Below, piece after piece: positions 1-11,507 of a DNA stretch of 64,000 nt. The notes beneath the pieces are model-generated. The model did not search any database and was not told the origin of the DNA. It worked only from the letters and a program-made list of their open reading frames with translations. Every line of letters begins with the position of its first letter. Positions within the stretch are counted from its first letter, which is position 1. This stretch comes from Cyanidioschyzon merolae (taxonomy: Eukaryota): NCBI GenBank assembly GCA_000091205.1, contig AP006485.2; one strand, written 5' to 3'. A program made the translations under genes and the position numbers.

Positions 1-1266
1 TTCGCACGTCCCAAAAACAAATGGTTTCATCGAACGATCCCGAGGCCAAAACATTACCCTGGGGATTAAAGTTGCAGCAGAAGACATAATTGGAGTGTCC
101 TTCGAAACGGTGCACGGCGACGCCCCGCTCCACATCCCAGAGCCGCAGCGTGCGATCATCGGACGCGGAGGCGAGCCAGCGCGACAGGCTCGCCGAACGA
201 CTCGCCCCGCTGCCAGCTGCTGCTGCTGCGGACGCTGCACCAGCCCAGGCTACGTCGCTGATGCCTTGCGCGTGTCCCTCGAGAACGCCCACTAGTCTGC
301 CATCTGCGACTGACCATAGCCGAACCGTCTTGTCTGCAGAAGAAGACGCCAACAGACGACCGTCAGGAGAGAACTTCACAGAGGAGATGGCCTTTCGGTG
401 ACCCTCGAGCGTGTACTGCAACACGAACTGCAAGTCAGGCGAGGTCTCCTGCTCTTTGCGAGCGCTTCCAGCAAACTCGTGCACAGGCGCACAGGTGCCC
501 TCACAGCACTCTGGTCCTCGCTCTACGCCGCTGGACATGATGCGGATTCTTGCAGTCACCGCCCCAGCTCACGGTTGCTTTCGAGAGCACCCAACCGTCT
601 CAATCAGAACGCTACCGCGCTACAGGCTGCTGCTCGGCCGGTGAACCGAAGCACCGCACCAGAAGACGTACAGCAGCAGCAGCAGCAGCAACTACTATTA
701 TCGACTACCAACCAATCAACCAACCACCAGCTGCTGGGCGTCCACAGTTCTTCGACACAGCGCGGACCTGTGGCGCTTGTTAAATAAAGTCCCTGTCAAC
801 GTTAGAAGCGTTCCCCTCGAAAGCCGCCTCTGGAATGATATGCAACGACGTCGTGTTGCCGTCGTATGGCGCCCTGTGAGGCGCGCACGGATATGTGTGC
901 AACGCATTGATCCGTGACGCGCACGCACGCACGCATGCGTGCGTGTATGCGTGCGTGCGCGATGTTGCCGCGTTGCCGCGTTGCCGCCGCCGCCGTCGTT
1001 GTCGGTGCCACGCGATGTGTGACACCGATCCGGGTAGCCCGTTCGGCATGCAGCCGATGGCGAATACGCCGTCGTTGTCTACCCCGCGAGCACCCAATGC
1101 TCTATGTGATCAGTGACACGATAAATGCGCTACGACCCTGACAGGTGTATATATCTATCGATGGACAGGCGCCTCTTGGTCTTGTTTGACCGACTTTGTG
1201 CTATCGGCTGCAGCTTCTCGTTGTGCACTTCGAGCATCAGAGGGTGCCTCACAACGTAGGTTCGCC

Positions 1267-1848
1267 TCAGCTTCGCGGGTCTCTGCTCTTCAGCACCACC
1301 CATCGTCCGATACTCATGGCGGTGTTTAAGTCTCTGTTCAAGAATTTCATAGGTTTATTGCCGCTGGGTGGTTTCAGCAATGCAAGGATTCCTAGTGGTC
1401 GCACGCTATGCGCTATTAGAGTCTCGTCGACGTCCTGTCGGGGAAACATCTTTTCTCGACTATCCCCCTTCTTCTTCTTCTCTTCAATGGTCATGAATCA
1501 TGGATAGTATGGAGGAAAGGAAAGCAGCTCTATCCCGATAGATTCGGCAAAAGCCTGGACGCATGGGGAATGGTGAGATGCAACGTTGTCCGGTAGAAGG
1601 ACGCCGCCATTCGTCAGATGATTCTTCAGTGATTCGATAACGTGGTTGGTGCTCTTGTATGAGCCTTCTCTACGACCCCAAGCTGAAGCCGCCAAATGAA
1701 TCCACTGCAGCTGGAACAGATGATGGTGTCCTCGTTCTCTTCGAATTCGATCCTGAATTCCACGGACGCCCTCTATGCCAGTACGCGTGAAAGCTCCGAC
1801 AATTTCGTCTGAAAAAAAAAAGTCCCTTGCACTCAGAAAAGGATTCAA
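1267..1848 (-). pseudogene. C-terminal fragment of a TnpB/Fanzor-like RuvC nuclease (copy 1). ORFs 1498-1848 and 1267-1494 are in the same frame, separated by one TGA.
   Basis: Minus-strand translation reads ...GIEGVRGIQDRIRR... (RuvC-II-like E followed by GVRG), then AFAESIGIELLSFPPYYP (matches the TnpB 'YKAEE-G-I-x-V-x-V-x-P-x-Y-TS' block), then an in-frame TGA at 1498-1500, then ...KPMKFLNRDLNTAMSIGRW (RuvC-III-like 'RD-N-A-x-NI'). DNA and protein homology to copy 2 (16025-16300) continues down to about 1200. It has no RuvC-I/N-terminal half and has a deletion where copy 2 keeps a Cys pair, so it is a decayed fragment. Confidence 0.6.
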
Positions 1849-2658
1849 AATCCTTGTGCATCATACCAATCGCTGAGTTCCAGGAACGAATTCGTTACTT
1901 TTTCGGTAGAAAATTGCTATGCATGAACTGGAACTATTTTTGCGAATGTATACCGCTGTTTTCAGGACAACCCGAACAAGCCATTAAGCAACAGAGACGC
2001 CTCTGGTGGCTAGGATCATTGCGTTTGCTTTCCATAGGGTCATCAACGCGCTTTTTTCTACCACAGTCCATAAGCAATCTCTAAATATATCGGGTTTTGG
2101 CACGGAATGCATATGCTTCCTTCTTTCAATATGTATGAACCATCTGAGTTCTAACGTATGACTGACCTGAAGGACGCATGCAATGCTCCCCGCACTTTTC
2201 AGTAAAGAATCTCTACCCTACATTCAATTCGTCTACGATATATGCAAAAAATGCCTAGTGATTCCGACCTCCCGCTACATACCGCGAAAACGCATTCCAA
2301 GAAATTCAGCAAGGGTGCAACACAATTGAGTTGAAAGACTATAAGGTGCAACGGGTGCACGCCCGGATACCCAGCGCCGCGGCACGGCCGATGCCTTACG
2401 TTGAGGCATTGCCTGCTGCGCAGTGCAACCTTATAGTTCGAGACTTCTGGTACTAGCTTTTTGCAGAAACTTGTCTGGGATACCATACACAAACAGATAA
2501 ACTTGGGACACGATTGCACCCGGCTGCGCGTCGTGCAGGAGCTCGAAAACGTGGTTGCAACGCCACCGCACGCTGAACCTGCGGAGCGTTCTTGGCGAAC
2601 AGGACGCGACTGGGAGTCCCATTTACTGTTGGCTGGATCAACGTGACTCACGCTTATC

Positions 2659-3612
2659 ATGAGCGCTCAAGAAGCGGTGCAACGACCGCTTCCTAACTAT
2701 CTGCAGTTCGTTTTCGGCGGACTGGCAGGCATGGGTGCGACGCTTCTGGTGCAGCCGTTCGACGTCGTGAAAACACGCATGCAGTTGACGCAATCAGTCC
2801 AAGGCGCTCAGGCTCCAGGTCCGCTGTACGTGCTCCGCGCGATTGTTGTCCAGGAGGGCGCCTCAAAACTCTATGCGGGCTTATCAGCGGGGCTGTTCCG
2901 CCAGATCACTTACACGACGACGCGTCTCGGGGTATACGGTGTTCTTCTCGAAGAACTCACCCGTATTCGAAAAGCCCAGCAGGCGAGCTCGGCTCACGAC
3001 GGCGAGTCCCAGCGGCAGGGCGTTGCACTGCCCTTCAGCTGGAAAGCTGGCGCTGGACTCACCGCTGGTACTATTGGAGCATTGGTCGGCACGCCTGCGG
3101 AGGTGGCGCTCATTCGGATGATGGCAGACGGACGACTGCCCCCAGAGCGACGACGAAACTATCGGTCTGTCTTCGATGCCCTGATTCGCATCGTACGCGA
3201 AGAAGGCATTATGACACTGTGGCGGGGAGCTTTGCCGACGGTAGGGCGCGCAGCGCTGCTCAATATGGCGCAACTCGGTACGTATTCCCAGGCGAAGGAG
3301 ATGATTTTGAGCACTGGGCTCGTTGGGGATCATCTCGGAACCCATGTCTTGGCATCGACGTGTAGCGGCTTTGCAGCTACGTGTATTTCCTTGCCTCTCG
3401 ATAACGCTAAGACGAAGCTGCAGCATATGCGGGATCGTGAGTACGCCGGAATGCTGGATGCGCTGTTGAAGACTTCACGTTCTGAGGGCATTCCTGCGCT
3501 TTGGAGGGGGTTCATGCCCTACTTTTTGCGTTTAACACCGCACACCATTGGAGCATTCGTCTTACTCGAGCAGTTGAAGAAGCTCTATTTTACGTGGCGC
3601 CAAGTGTTGTAG
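2659..3612 (+). CDS. Mitochondrial 2-oxoglutarate/malate carrier-like protein (SLC25 family)
   Basis: 317 aa with three mitochondrial-carrier repeats: PFDVVKTRMQL; LYAGLSAGLFRQITYTTTRLGVY; GTPAEVALIRMMADGRLPPERRRNYRSVFDALIRIVREEGIMTLWRG; LPLDNAKTKLQ; GFMPYFLRLTPHTIGAFVLLEQ. These blocks are near-identical in pattern to animal/fungal OGC (SLC25A11). Confidence 0.85.
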   Translation: MSAQEAVQRPLPNYLQFVFGGLAGMGATLLVQPFDVVKTRMQLTQSVQGAQAPGPLYVLRAIVVQEGASKLYAGLSAGLFRQITYTTTRLGVYGVLLEELTRIRKAQQASSAHDGESQRQGVALPFSWKAGAGLTAGTIGALVGTPAEVALIRMMADGRLPPERRRNYRSVFDALIRIVREEGIMTLWRGALPTVGRAALLNMAQLGTYSQAKEMILSTGLVGDHLGTHVLASTCSGFAATCISLPLDNAKTKLQHMRDREYAGMLDALLKTSRSEGIPALWRGFMPYFLRLTPHTIGAFVLLEQLKKLYFTWRQVL

Positions 3613-4448
3613 CAAAAAATAGAATCTACACGGGGCGTATGATGAACCGAATCTCGGTCCAAGTTTTCCGGGGCAGGACAAAGACCAGACGCTTTGGACG
3701 GATTCTGCTCGCCAGAGTCGCGCATGTGAGGCTTGCGTACATTGCGCTTTGTTTTTTGCTCGCGTTAATGCCACCTGGGTGCACCGGCTCATGCGCAAAC
3801 TACATGTCGCTGGCATTCGCGTCGGCACGCTCCGCAGCGATGCTAGTCGTACGAAGGCGCTAACGCAACGCGAGTATGATATGAACGTCATACGAGGTTT
3901 TTTGATCACGTGTTGCAACGATACGTTCGCAACAGAAGCGAGCATGTCCAGGGACAGCTCGAATGAACAAAATGCGCATTCTACTGGCAACTAGAATGCA
4001 GAGGTTCCAGGTTTTATAGGTGCCGGTGCTGGTCGCTTGCAGCTGCGTCAAGTCATCGCTGCAATCAATGCAGTGCCGGGCACTTATTCCCCAAAATGCC
4101 GTGACGATATGCTCGTTTCATTAGATGGCTGATAATTGAGACCGTCGCGATGGAAGCGGCCCCCAAAATCAAACACAACGCTCTGTAATGGGCCGCATTC
4201 CAGGCTTGGTTCGCCTCATGAGGTAGTGTTGCCGCTTGCCATACAGCGCGACGCTGCAGTAGCGTCACAGCCGTCCTGTTTCGGGGCTCGAGGCTTTCCT
4301 TGGTATCAGCTGCGCATGCGATGATGTGGACACCCGCAAAAACGTGCGCGGTGCCGCCTCCACAATGAAGAAGCAACGCACCGAAACGCCGCGCATGTGC
4401 ACAGGCTCTCGAAGCACCGGGAGTCTTGCGAGTGAGAGTCTCACTCAG

Positions 4449-5684
4449 TCAGCGCTTGGTCGCATGCGCGGGTGCACCATTCCCCGCGGAGTCGGTCTGG
4501 TCGAGCGCCAGAGCGGCTCGTAGCATCTCGTGCAATGCATCTCCACCGTCAAGGACACTCTCTGCGTCACTGCAGGTGAGGCCCGTGCGCAAGTCTTTCA
4601 CCAAGGTAAACGGACTCAGAATATAGGAACGAACGAGGCGATCTGCACTGCCAAAGCCGGCGCTACCGCCGTGATGTGTCATTGACGCCTGTCGTTGCCT
4701 TCTTTCCTGCAGATAGCGCTCACGGAGTTTCGATCGGAGCACATATAGCGCTCGAGCCTTGTTCTGGTGCTGCGAACGCTCGCTCCGACAGGTTACCACG
4801 ATGCCACTCGGTCGATGGGTGATTCGCACTGCAGAGTCCGTCTTATTCACGTGTTGGCCACCGGCGCCCGAGGAGCGCATCGTCTCGATGAGCAAATCGT
4901 CGGGATGAATGTTGAGCGCTTGTAACGCTTCTGATGCGACTTCTTCTTCATCCAGTAGCGGTATGATCGACACACTTGCAAAGCTCGTGTGACGCCTCTG
5001 GGACGCGTCAAAAGGCGAATGACGAACCAGGCGGTGAATACCGGCCTCGCCACGGAGCCAAGCGGTAGCCCAGGCGAGTCCATCGGTGCCGCTGCGTACA
5101 AAGAGGGCAGCATAGCGAAGTCCGGCGACTTCACCCGGGCTCGAGTCCGTGAGCTTCACTTCTTGGAAACGCAGGGATCGACTCGCCGCCGCAGACTCTG
5201 CCCATCTCTGGTACATGCGAACGAGCATACTACACCAGTCCATGGCCTCAGTACCACCTGCACCTGCCCGGACCTCAACCAGGCAAGAGCGGTGGAGGTC
5301 GGAGGGTTCATCGGCGCTTTCGCTCCGCGTACTCGCCCCATGAAGAAGCGCCATTGCTTCAATTCGCTGCGATCTAAGACGCAGTGCCTCTATCTCATCA
5401 CGAAAGAGAGCACCAGAGTCCGTTGTCGCACTCCCTTCCTCTGAGCAGAGCGTCAAACAGGCCTGAACTTCTGCAGAAAGCGTATCGACTTCGGAAACGA
5501 GGCGCTGTAGCTCAGCTCTTTCGCGAAGCAGCAAAGCACCCTGCTTCGCAGCGCGGGCTGTACTCCAGGTGCCTGGTTGGAGGCATGCGTTTTCGAGCTC
5601 GCGTAGGCGACGAACCAACTGCGGATAGCGCAGGCGCTGACGAACGAGCGCTAAGGAGCGCTGTATGGCTTCTAGGTCCCGCAC
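4449..5684 (-). CDS. Class I peptide chain release factor, RF2 type (organellar)
   Basis: Has the GGQ peptidyl-hydrolase motif (SGAGGQHVNKTDSAVRITHRPSGIVVTCRSERSQHQNKARA) and the RF2-specific SPF codon-recognition tripeptide (SPFDASQRRHTSFASV). A nuclear-encoded bacterial-type RF implies mitochondrial or plastid targeting. The true N-terminus may lie upstream of the first ATG. Confidence 0.85.
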   Translation of the reverse strand: MRDLEAIQRSLALVRQRLRYPQLVRRLRELENACLQPGTWSTARAAKQGALLLRERAELQRLVSEVDTLSAEVQACLTLCSEEGSATTDSGALFRDEIEALRLRSQRIEAMALLHGASTRSESADEPSDLHRSCLVEVRAGAGGTEAMDWCSMLVRMYQRWAESAAASRSLRFQEVKLTDSSPGEVAGLRYAALFVRSGTDGLAWATAWLRGEAGIHRLVRHSPFDASQRRHTSFASVSIIPLLDEEEVASEALQALNIHPDDLLIETMRSSGAGGQHVNKTDSAVRITHRPSGIVVTCRSERSQHQNKARALYVLRSKLRERYLQERRQRQASMTHHGGSAGFGSADRLVRSYILSPFTLVKDLRTGLTCSDAESVLDGGDALHEMLRAALALDQTDSAGNGAPAHATKR

Positions 5685-8587
5685 CTCGACTGCTGAAGCG
5701 CAACGTGCGCGTCAAGCGCTGTATCACGAAAAAGAATCACAGCTTGATGCTTCAAAAAGAGGCGCCAACCGTCACCACGAAACGTAACCTGTTGTTTTTC
5801 CAACGCGGCATCCAGCGCGTGCGGTACAGTTCGACGCTGCCGAACGCTGTACGCGGAGCGTCAACGTGGACGTTCATGGAACTTGCGGAGAAAGCATTGG
5901 GAAACTCCAACTTTATCAGATTAGAATTGAGGCCTGAGCTCGTCTTTCTGTTCTTGTGTTGTAATTTTTTTCTTTACTTGTTCAGATGTACAGCGATGAG
6001 ATGCGAAATGCAGCAGGTAGGAGCGTGTAGATTCATGAGTAGTTTTCTGTCGATCGGTCGCCATTTTTTCGCGGAATGCCTCCTTTGACGCTGTACCGCT
6101 GGAATTTGTTACGTTACAGGGATCGAGGGGATTCACGACGCAATCGAATAAAGATTCGTAGAATATTCGATATAATGATCCGAGTCACTGGTTCAAGCTC
6201 CCACGCTTTAAAGTTCCGTACGTGAAGCACGCGTTAATCGTGCACTCTTCAACGCTTCAGTGTTGCTCTCTCACGGCACCCTAGGGGCGAAGCGATTCGT
6301 GTCGCTAGATTATCGAGCAATACCAGAACCCTGACGTCGTCCATGGACGACTCGTTCACAAACTCATGACCATTGCTCACGTCACTTGTCGCTTCGAATG
6401 GTCCATTGCATTCGAAAGACAAATGCTTGTCTCTTCGCGCTCATCGGCGAGACGGCATTCCAGAGCAGCAGGGTACCGTATGATGTGGTGCGCTGCTTGC
6501 GGGGCTCCCGCCTCTTCTGTTTGCTTGGGAAAGGATTCGGTACTAGAACTGGAGTCATCCGAGCGATCGATTCCAGTAGGGTGTGCGTCACCGTTTCGCA
6601 CGAAGGGAGCGTAGACAGACCGAAATTTCTTGACCCGTTTTCCAGCTTGGATCTTGTTTCTGGTAATTGTTCCATCGTCAATAACATTGCGTTTCGCAAA
6701 TCCGCTATCGAACGGAACTGCGTTCACTCTCGTATGCATCGAATAGTGTACTTGCCGAGGGGATTGCCACGCACAAGCCCCGTGATCGTGGGGTACAGTT
6801 GACGCTGCAAAAAAAAGGAGGCGTGCATGGAGCGTACCCTTCAGTAGCAGTCATGGACATGTACGGGGGCGTGAAGCAAGCGTTTCCACGCCCCAGCGCG
6901 GCGCACGGAGGAAATGAGGTGGATATAGAGGGACACACCTGACCATAACACGATATGACTGATGGAAAGGTCGCACAGCGCCTTTGTACAAACAAGCTCA
7001 ACAATGGAACAGCTACGTCGATCGCAATTTTTACTTACGTATTGACTGCGTCGACAACAGGTTGAAGCTGCAAAATCAGGATTTGCACACTGCCATAAAC
7101 ACCCTTCACCTGTTGACAAGTTAGCTCCCAGGAAAGCATTGAGCATCTTGTTCAAAGTCGGTATGGAAGAGGAAGCAGAAGCAGTCGCAAGAGAAACCCC
7201 ACCAAGACTATTATTGATGACAGTGCGAAGAGATCCAAACGTTATTCTTTGTGCCGTATTAGATGACTCGTTCCATTATATTCTGACGTGGGGGAACGCA
7301 GAGAGATTCGCATGAAGCTGCATCATGGTGAGCGCTGGCGAAAACACGGGACCAAGCATGACGCTATCCGCAGAGCGCCCCCGCTGCGCTGAAATACTAA
7401 CGCTTTGCTGTGTTCGTGCCGCGCTTGGATCTCCGGGGCGCCTTTGCAGTATAACGGCAGCAGAAACGCGTACGTCATGCACTGGGGACGCGCTCAGGTT
7501 GCTGGCGTCTGTTCAAAAGCTGGTTCTTAATCAACGTTCTTTGGTGTCAGCGTCTAACTGAAGCTAAACGCTGCGCTGGTGCAACTTGAGCGCTGCCAGT
7601 ATTTTTCTGGAAATCGTAAAAGCCATCACTCTCATTCAAATAAGCTAAAGAACGCTGTCCAACCAGAGCGAACGTCTCGTGGCGCTAGCGTACATCTGGG
7701 TTCGAGGTCAGAGCTCCGAACTACTGCTTGAACGAACTGGAAGTTTCTGTCGTAGGCGCCTGATGACGGCTCTCATTCGATTGCAACCGGGTGCCTAGGC
7801 GGTGACCTGGATTCAGTGTTTTGGTCCCTGAAAACGCCAGGGTCGCTCCAAAGGTAAGCAAAGATAGAGATCATTCACGTGCAATACATCGCCTCAATAG
7901 CGGATCCGATCCAGTGTTCCGCTCTCCAAGTCGCAAACGATAGAGGTGCAGTGACCCATCAGACTCCCTGCTGCAGAATGAACACACATACGCACATACA
8001 CAGACAAACAGCGCTGGACACGAGACTCATTCCATGTCGGAATCGATCGGAATGTGCTGTTTCCATTATTGGCGTCGGCGTTCTATGGTCAACCTCATTC
8101 AAAGACTCGTCTCTCTATGACGTGTCGTCATACAGCTCTACCACGGGCCGTTGCGGGTATCGAAGTTTTGACTTTGCATCGGCGACGAGGTGGTTTCAGG
8201 AAACAGGTCTCATTCGGACCGTCTCCAGCGAACGGCAGGTTTGACGCTTCCGCTTTACATCAAAAGAAATCAGACAGAGGCTAGCAGGTACGCCAAAGCA
8301 CGCACCTCAAGGCATACGCTGAGCGTGCTTATGAGGAACCACACTCGATGAACGGGTCAAAGACTAGTGCGCTCGGATGTACGCGTGTCCAGCCATGACG
8401 AATTTTCCGCCAGCAGATGCGTCCATCGACATGCTTCCGCCCAGCCGAGCAGGTCTCGTCGAGAAGCCGCCGTTCTGAGCACTACGCCTTGGATATGGCG
8501 AGCATCTGCCAGAGACCACGCTCATCAGCTGCCGAGAAACCATGGACATCATAAACAGAGGCTCGGTGCTGCGGTGAAACGAGAACG

Positions 8588-9883
8588 CTAACTCCGTCGG
8601 AGTATTGACGTAACGGCGGCTACGCAAGCGTCTTGGTTCTCGTTACGATAGGGCTGACCCCCGTGCACCATTGCAGTGAAAGGGCTCGTCTTGGAGACCA
8701 GTTCAGGGCACCACGCTCGACTTCCATAGTTCTGTATCCAGTCCGTGTACACGAACAGATGCGCATAGACGCGCCACCAGCTATCGTGTGCCGTCGCCAT
8801 ACGCCAGCGCTGCATGGCACTATCGAAGGGCTCATCAGGAAAGCGAGTCGCCATCCCTCGCAGCACAGTATGGGTGAAGCACGGATCACCCAGTCGATAC
8901 ACAGCATTGCCGTTCAGATGGTGATCATGAGGCCAGGTCACGCACCAACGATGTCGCTGGTAGAGGGGCGCACTCCCCATGACCCAGAAAGGGTGCCGCT
9001 TCGCCACAGATCGATGAAGCATAGGTAGAAAGCACGGACGAAGCGCGTATACGTCGGGTTCAAGCCAAACAAAGTAGTCGTACTGAAGCGCGAGCCCCAT
9101 CGGGTGGATCCTGTGCTCCTCGTGGCGACTCGTGCTCCCGGGTACGTGGTATAGGTCAAAAAGCGCATAGAATAGATTCGCTGTCCCACGAGAAATATGC
9201 CGCCTACGCCAGCGACTGAAATAGTAGGCGTCGGCGTAGTCGCTGAGGTTCGCGAACCGAAGCAGCACCCGCGAGAAAACTTGCTCTGAACGAAACGTCT
9301 CGTTTCGGACAGAGTCCAAGACTAGTTGCACTTGTTCCCGCTGGAGGCAATTAGTCTCTGCTCGACTACAGAACAGCAGCAGGTCGGACGCATAAGCGGT
9401 TTCCGCGCAAGCGCTCGCTTGGCGAAGCCACTGCCGCAGCGTCTCCAGTACCTGTGGTGCCTGCTTGGGCGGGTACGGCACGACGAGCAGCACGTTCGGC
9501 CGCGACGACCTGTTCGTCGTCAAGAGTGTTGTGCGCGGAACACAGCGTGCATAGAGCGCACCGCTCTGGTTATCTAGCCAGGGAGCATCGCTGCCGGAGG
9601 CCGTCGTGCGCGCGCCCCAGTCTCCCATACGAAGACGTGGAAACGTGCCGTCATACCAGCACAGCACTTGTACAACGAGCAGAAACCAGACAATCACTCC
9701 CCATAGACTACCTATGAACTGGGTCAAATGTCGTCGCTCAGTAGTCCGTCGGAAGCGTGACTCTTTGGCGCTGCGAAGGGACGCTCGCGACAACGCCGGT
9801 GCTCGACGCATGCACAGGACGCAGCGCGCGTTCCCCAGAGACAAGACACACAAACTGTCCACGGGACGAAAGAAGTTAGACAA
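8588..9883 (-). CDS. Hypothetical type II membrane protein of unknown function
   Basis: 431-aa ORF, the longest in its region. It has an N-terminal hydrophobic anchor (IGSLWGVIVWFLLVVQVLCW) followed by a large Trp/His-rich domain. I recognise no family motif. Confidence 0.4.
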   Translation of the reverse strand: MSNFFRPVDSLCVLSLGNARCVLCMRRAPALSRASLRSAKESRFRRTTERRHLTQFIGSLWGVIVWFLLVVQVLCWYDGTFPRLRMGDWGARTTASGSDAPWLDNQSGALYARCVPRTTLLTTNRSSRPNVLLVVPYPPKQAPQVLETLRQWLRQASACAETAYASDLLLFCSRAETNCLQREQVQLVLDSVRNETFRSEQVFSRVLLRFANLSDYADAYYFSRWRRRHISRGTANLFYALFDLYHVPGSTSRHEEHRIHPMGLALQYDYFVWLEPDVYALRPCFLPMLHRSVAKRHPFWVMGSAPLYQRHRWCVTWPHDHHLNGNAVYRLGDPCFTHTVLRGMATRFPDEPFDSAMQRWRMATAHDSWWRVYAHLFVYTDWIQNYGSRAWCPELVSKTSPFTAMVHGGQPYRNENQDACVAAVTSILRRS

Positions 9884-9980
9884 TATTTTTATAGAGTCTC
9901 AAGAAGCGCAAGGATCGTGTCATGGTGTCCGCCTGCTCCCTTGGGTAACCGTAGACACGCGCGAGCGCTGAGCGATAACG

Positions 9981-11507
9981 GTGCGCAGGGAGCGCCGGCC
10001 GGCAGGCAGCATATTCGCCCATCAGCGTTCGACAACGCCCGAGCACGTTGATTGCTTCTTCTGTGCGGTGTCTATGTTCGTGGAGCCGGAGTTTCTTTGC
10101 TCTGGTCGTATCTGGAGCTGGGATTCGGCGACAGCGTCAGTGGGAAGACCACGAAGCTGTTGCCGGTGGCTCACTTCACGGAAACAGAGCCAGTTCGAGG
10201 GTGTCGGTTGCCAGCCGTGTCGAACGCGGTCTCGTAGGGTGTTCCACGACTCGCGGTGCTGCTGCTGCTGCTGCTGGGCCGTGGGGTTGCGACCAGGCTA
10301 CCGAAAGTGGTCTGATCCGGATCGTCAGCACAGTGCTCGCCTCGAACGTCGTTTCGAGTTGGTTGCTGTTGTGGATAAGGACGCGGGTAGTTCGGAGCGT
10401 CCAGTACGCTGGAACCTCAGCGGTATTCCGCCACCACCGCCAGCCGCTCGCCAATGGATTGCGCAACCAAAACCATCAAGTGCTGAAAGCGACTACATCA
10501 ATCGGGCACCGCTCTTTTCTAAAGTACTTCGCACGCACTGTTTCGCGCTACCGTGGTCTGCTCTCGTGGAGCTGCGTGCGCGTGCCGCCGACGACATCGA
10601 CATCGACAACGCGGCACGCCTGGCAGCAACGGCTTCGACCAGTGTGCATGCTACCCTGTACCAGGGCAGTGTACCAACTGAGCCATATCCGCGGACTTTT
10701 ACAAGAAGCGGGCTCGTGTTGGAGGCCGGTAACGCCGGCACCCTCAAAAGGCGCCGAAACGCCCCGCAAGTGCCGGCACTGGTGACCGCGGAGCGCCAAC
10801 TGCCGCTTGGCGTGCTCATTGATCCTAACGCTGATGATCCTGCTATTGCAGTTTTCATAGCAGCTCGGCAACCGCGCTTTGGTAAGGAGCAAAATCGTCA
10901 AAAGCCGGCAGTGATCGCTGTAGCTGCGGTTGCCGCATCACCTCTTGGTATCGCGAATGGCGTCCTTGATGCTACCGTCGATGCACTCGTGGACATCGTT
11001 CGACGTCTGGATCCCTCGTTGCCGTCGACATCGGTTCATGAGCGAGCGATTCGAAGGTCTATGGTTGCAGCGATAGGGCCGAACCCTGCGACTGCAGATT
11101 ACGGGTTCGTCACGGTTCGTTCGGATGTGCTGAATGCGATCTTCTTGCCGTGGGAGGATCGCCCGCATGTCGGCCTGTCACGCCGCTGCTATTTCGTTCA
11201 CGATATTCAAAACGATGTGCATTCAGTGATCTGTCGGAGCCGACGTACGCGTCTATCCTTTACGTTTCTGGCGCAGCGTCTGACGGGGCGTCACCGGAGC
11301 CTGGCGAACCCGTTACCAGCGACAAGCGAGTCGCATGGTATCCAGTTCCCGTTGCAAGAGTGGTATCTTCGACTCGCGCCGCTTGTTTACGAACGATTGC
11401 GCTGCATTGGCGTTGGACAAGTTGAGCTGACGCGCGTGCTTTTGCCGCGCGTGCCGATCACATCTCGCGAGGATACGCGTCATTTTTCCTACATCGTTTT
11501 GGAGTGA
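9981..11507 (+). CDS. Hypothetical protein (frame choice uncertain)
   Basis: 508-aa ORF, the longest in a 1.5 kb stretch, but a 245-aa alternative frame (10048-10785) overlaps it and no motif was recognised. Called on length only. Confidence 0.25.
   Translation: MRRERRPAGSIFAHQRSTTPEHVDCFFCAVSMFVEPEFLCSGRIWSWDSATASVGRPRSCCRWLTSRKQSQFEGVGCQPCRTRSRRVFHDSRCCCCCCWAVGLRPGYRKWSDPDRQHSARLERRFELVAVVDKDAGSSERPVRWNLSGIPPPPPAARQWIAQPKPSSAESDYINRAPLFSKVLRTHCFALPWSALVELRARAADDIDIDNAARLAATASTSVHATLYQGSVPTEPYPRTFTRSGLVLEAGNAGTLKRRRNAPQVPALVTAERQLPLGVLIDPNADDPAIAVFIAARQPRFGKEQNRQKPAVIAVAAVAASPLGIANGVLDATVDALVDIVRRLDPSLPSTSVHERAIRRSMVAAIGPNPATADYGFVTVRSDVLNAIFLPWEDRPHVGLSRRCYFVHDIQNDVHSVICRSRRTRLSFTFLAQRLTGRHRSLANPLPATSESHGIQFPLQEWYLRLAPLVYERLRCIGVGQVELTRVLLPRVPITSREDTRHFSYIVLE

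Noticed and set aside
1498-1848. Initial impression of a Tc1/mariner DDE transposase remnant (DNVASHHS and LSFPPYYP resembling DNAxxH and LPPYSPDLNPIE)
   Set aside because: The segment is in-frame with the RuvC-III-like NRD motif immediately downstream. It aligns better to the TnpB YKAE..G..V..V.P.YTS block, and to copy 2 (RTYKGCADRLVTIPVDEFRTS), than to Tc1. I reassigned it to the Fanzor/TnpB-like fragment.
5384-6088. 234-aa plus-strand ORF
   Set aside because: It is largely antisense to the well-supported RF2-type release factor gene and has no recognisable motif.
7690-7720. GGGTTCGAGG T-loop-like string
   Set aside because: No flanking stems complete a tRNA cloverleaf.
10048-10785. 245-aa ORF overlapping the 9981-11507 frame
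   Set aside because: I cannot distinguish the real frame from sequence alone. I kept the longer one at low confidence and did not call both.
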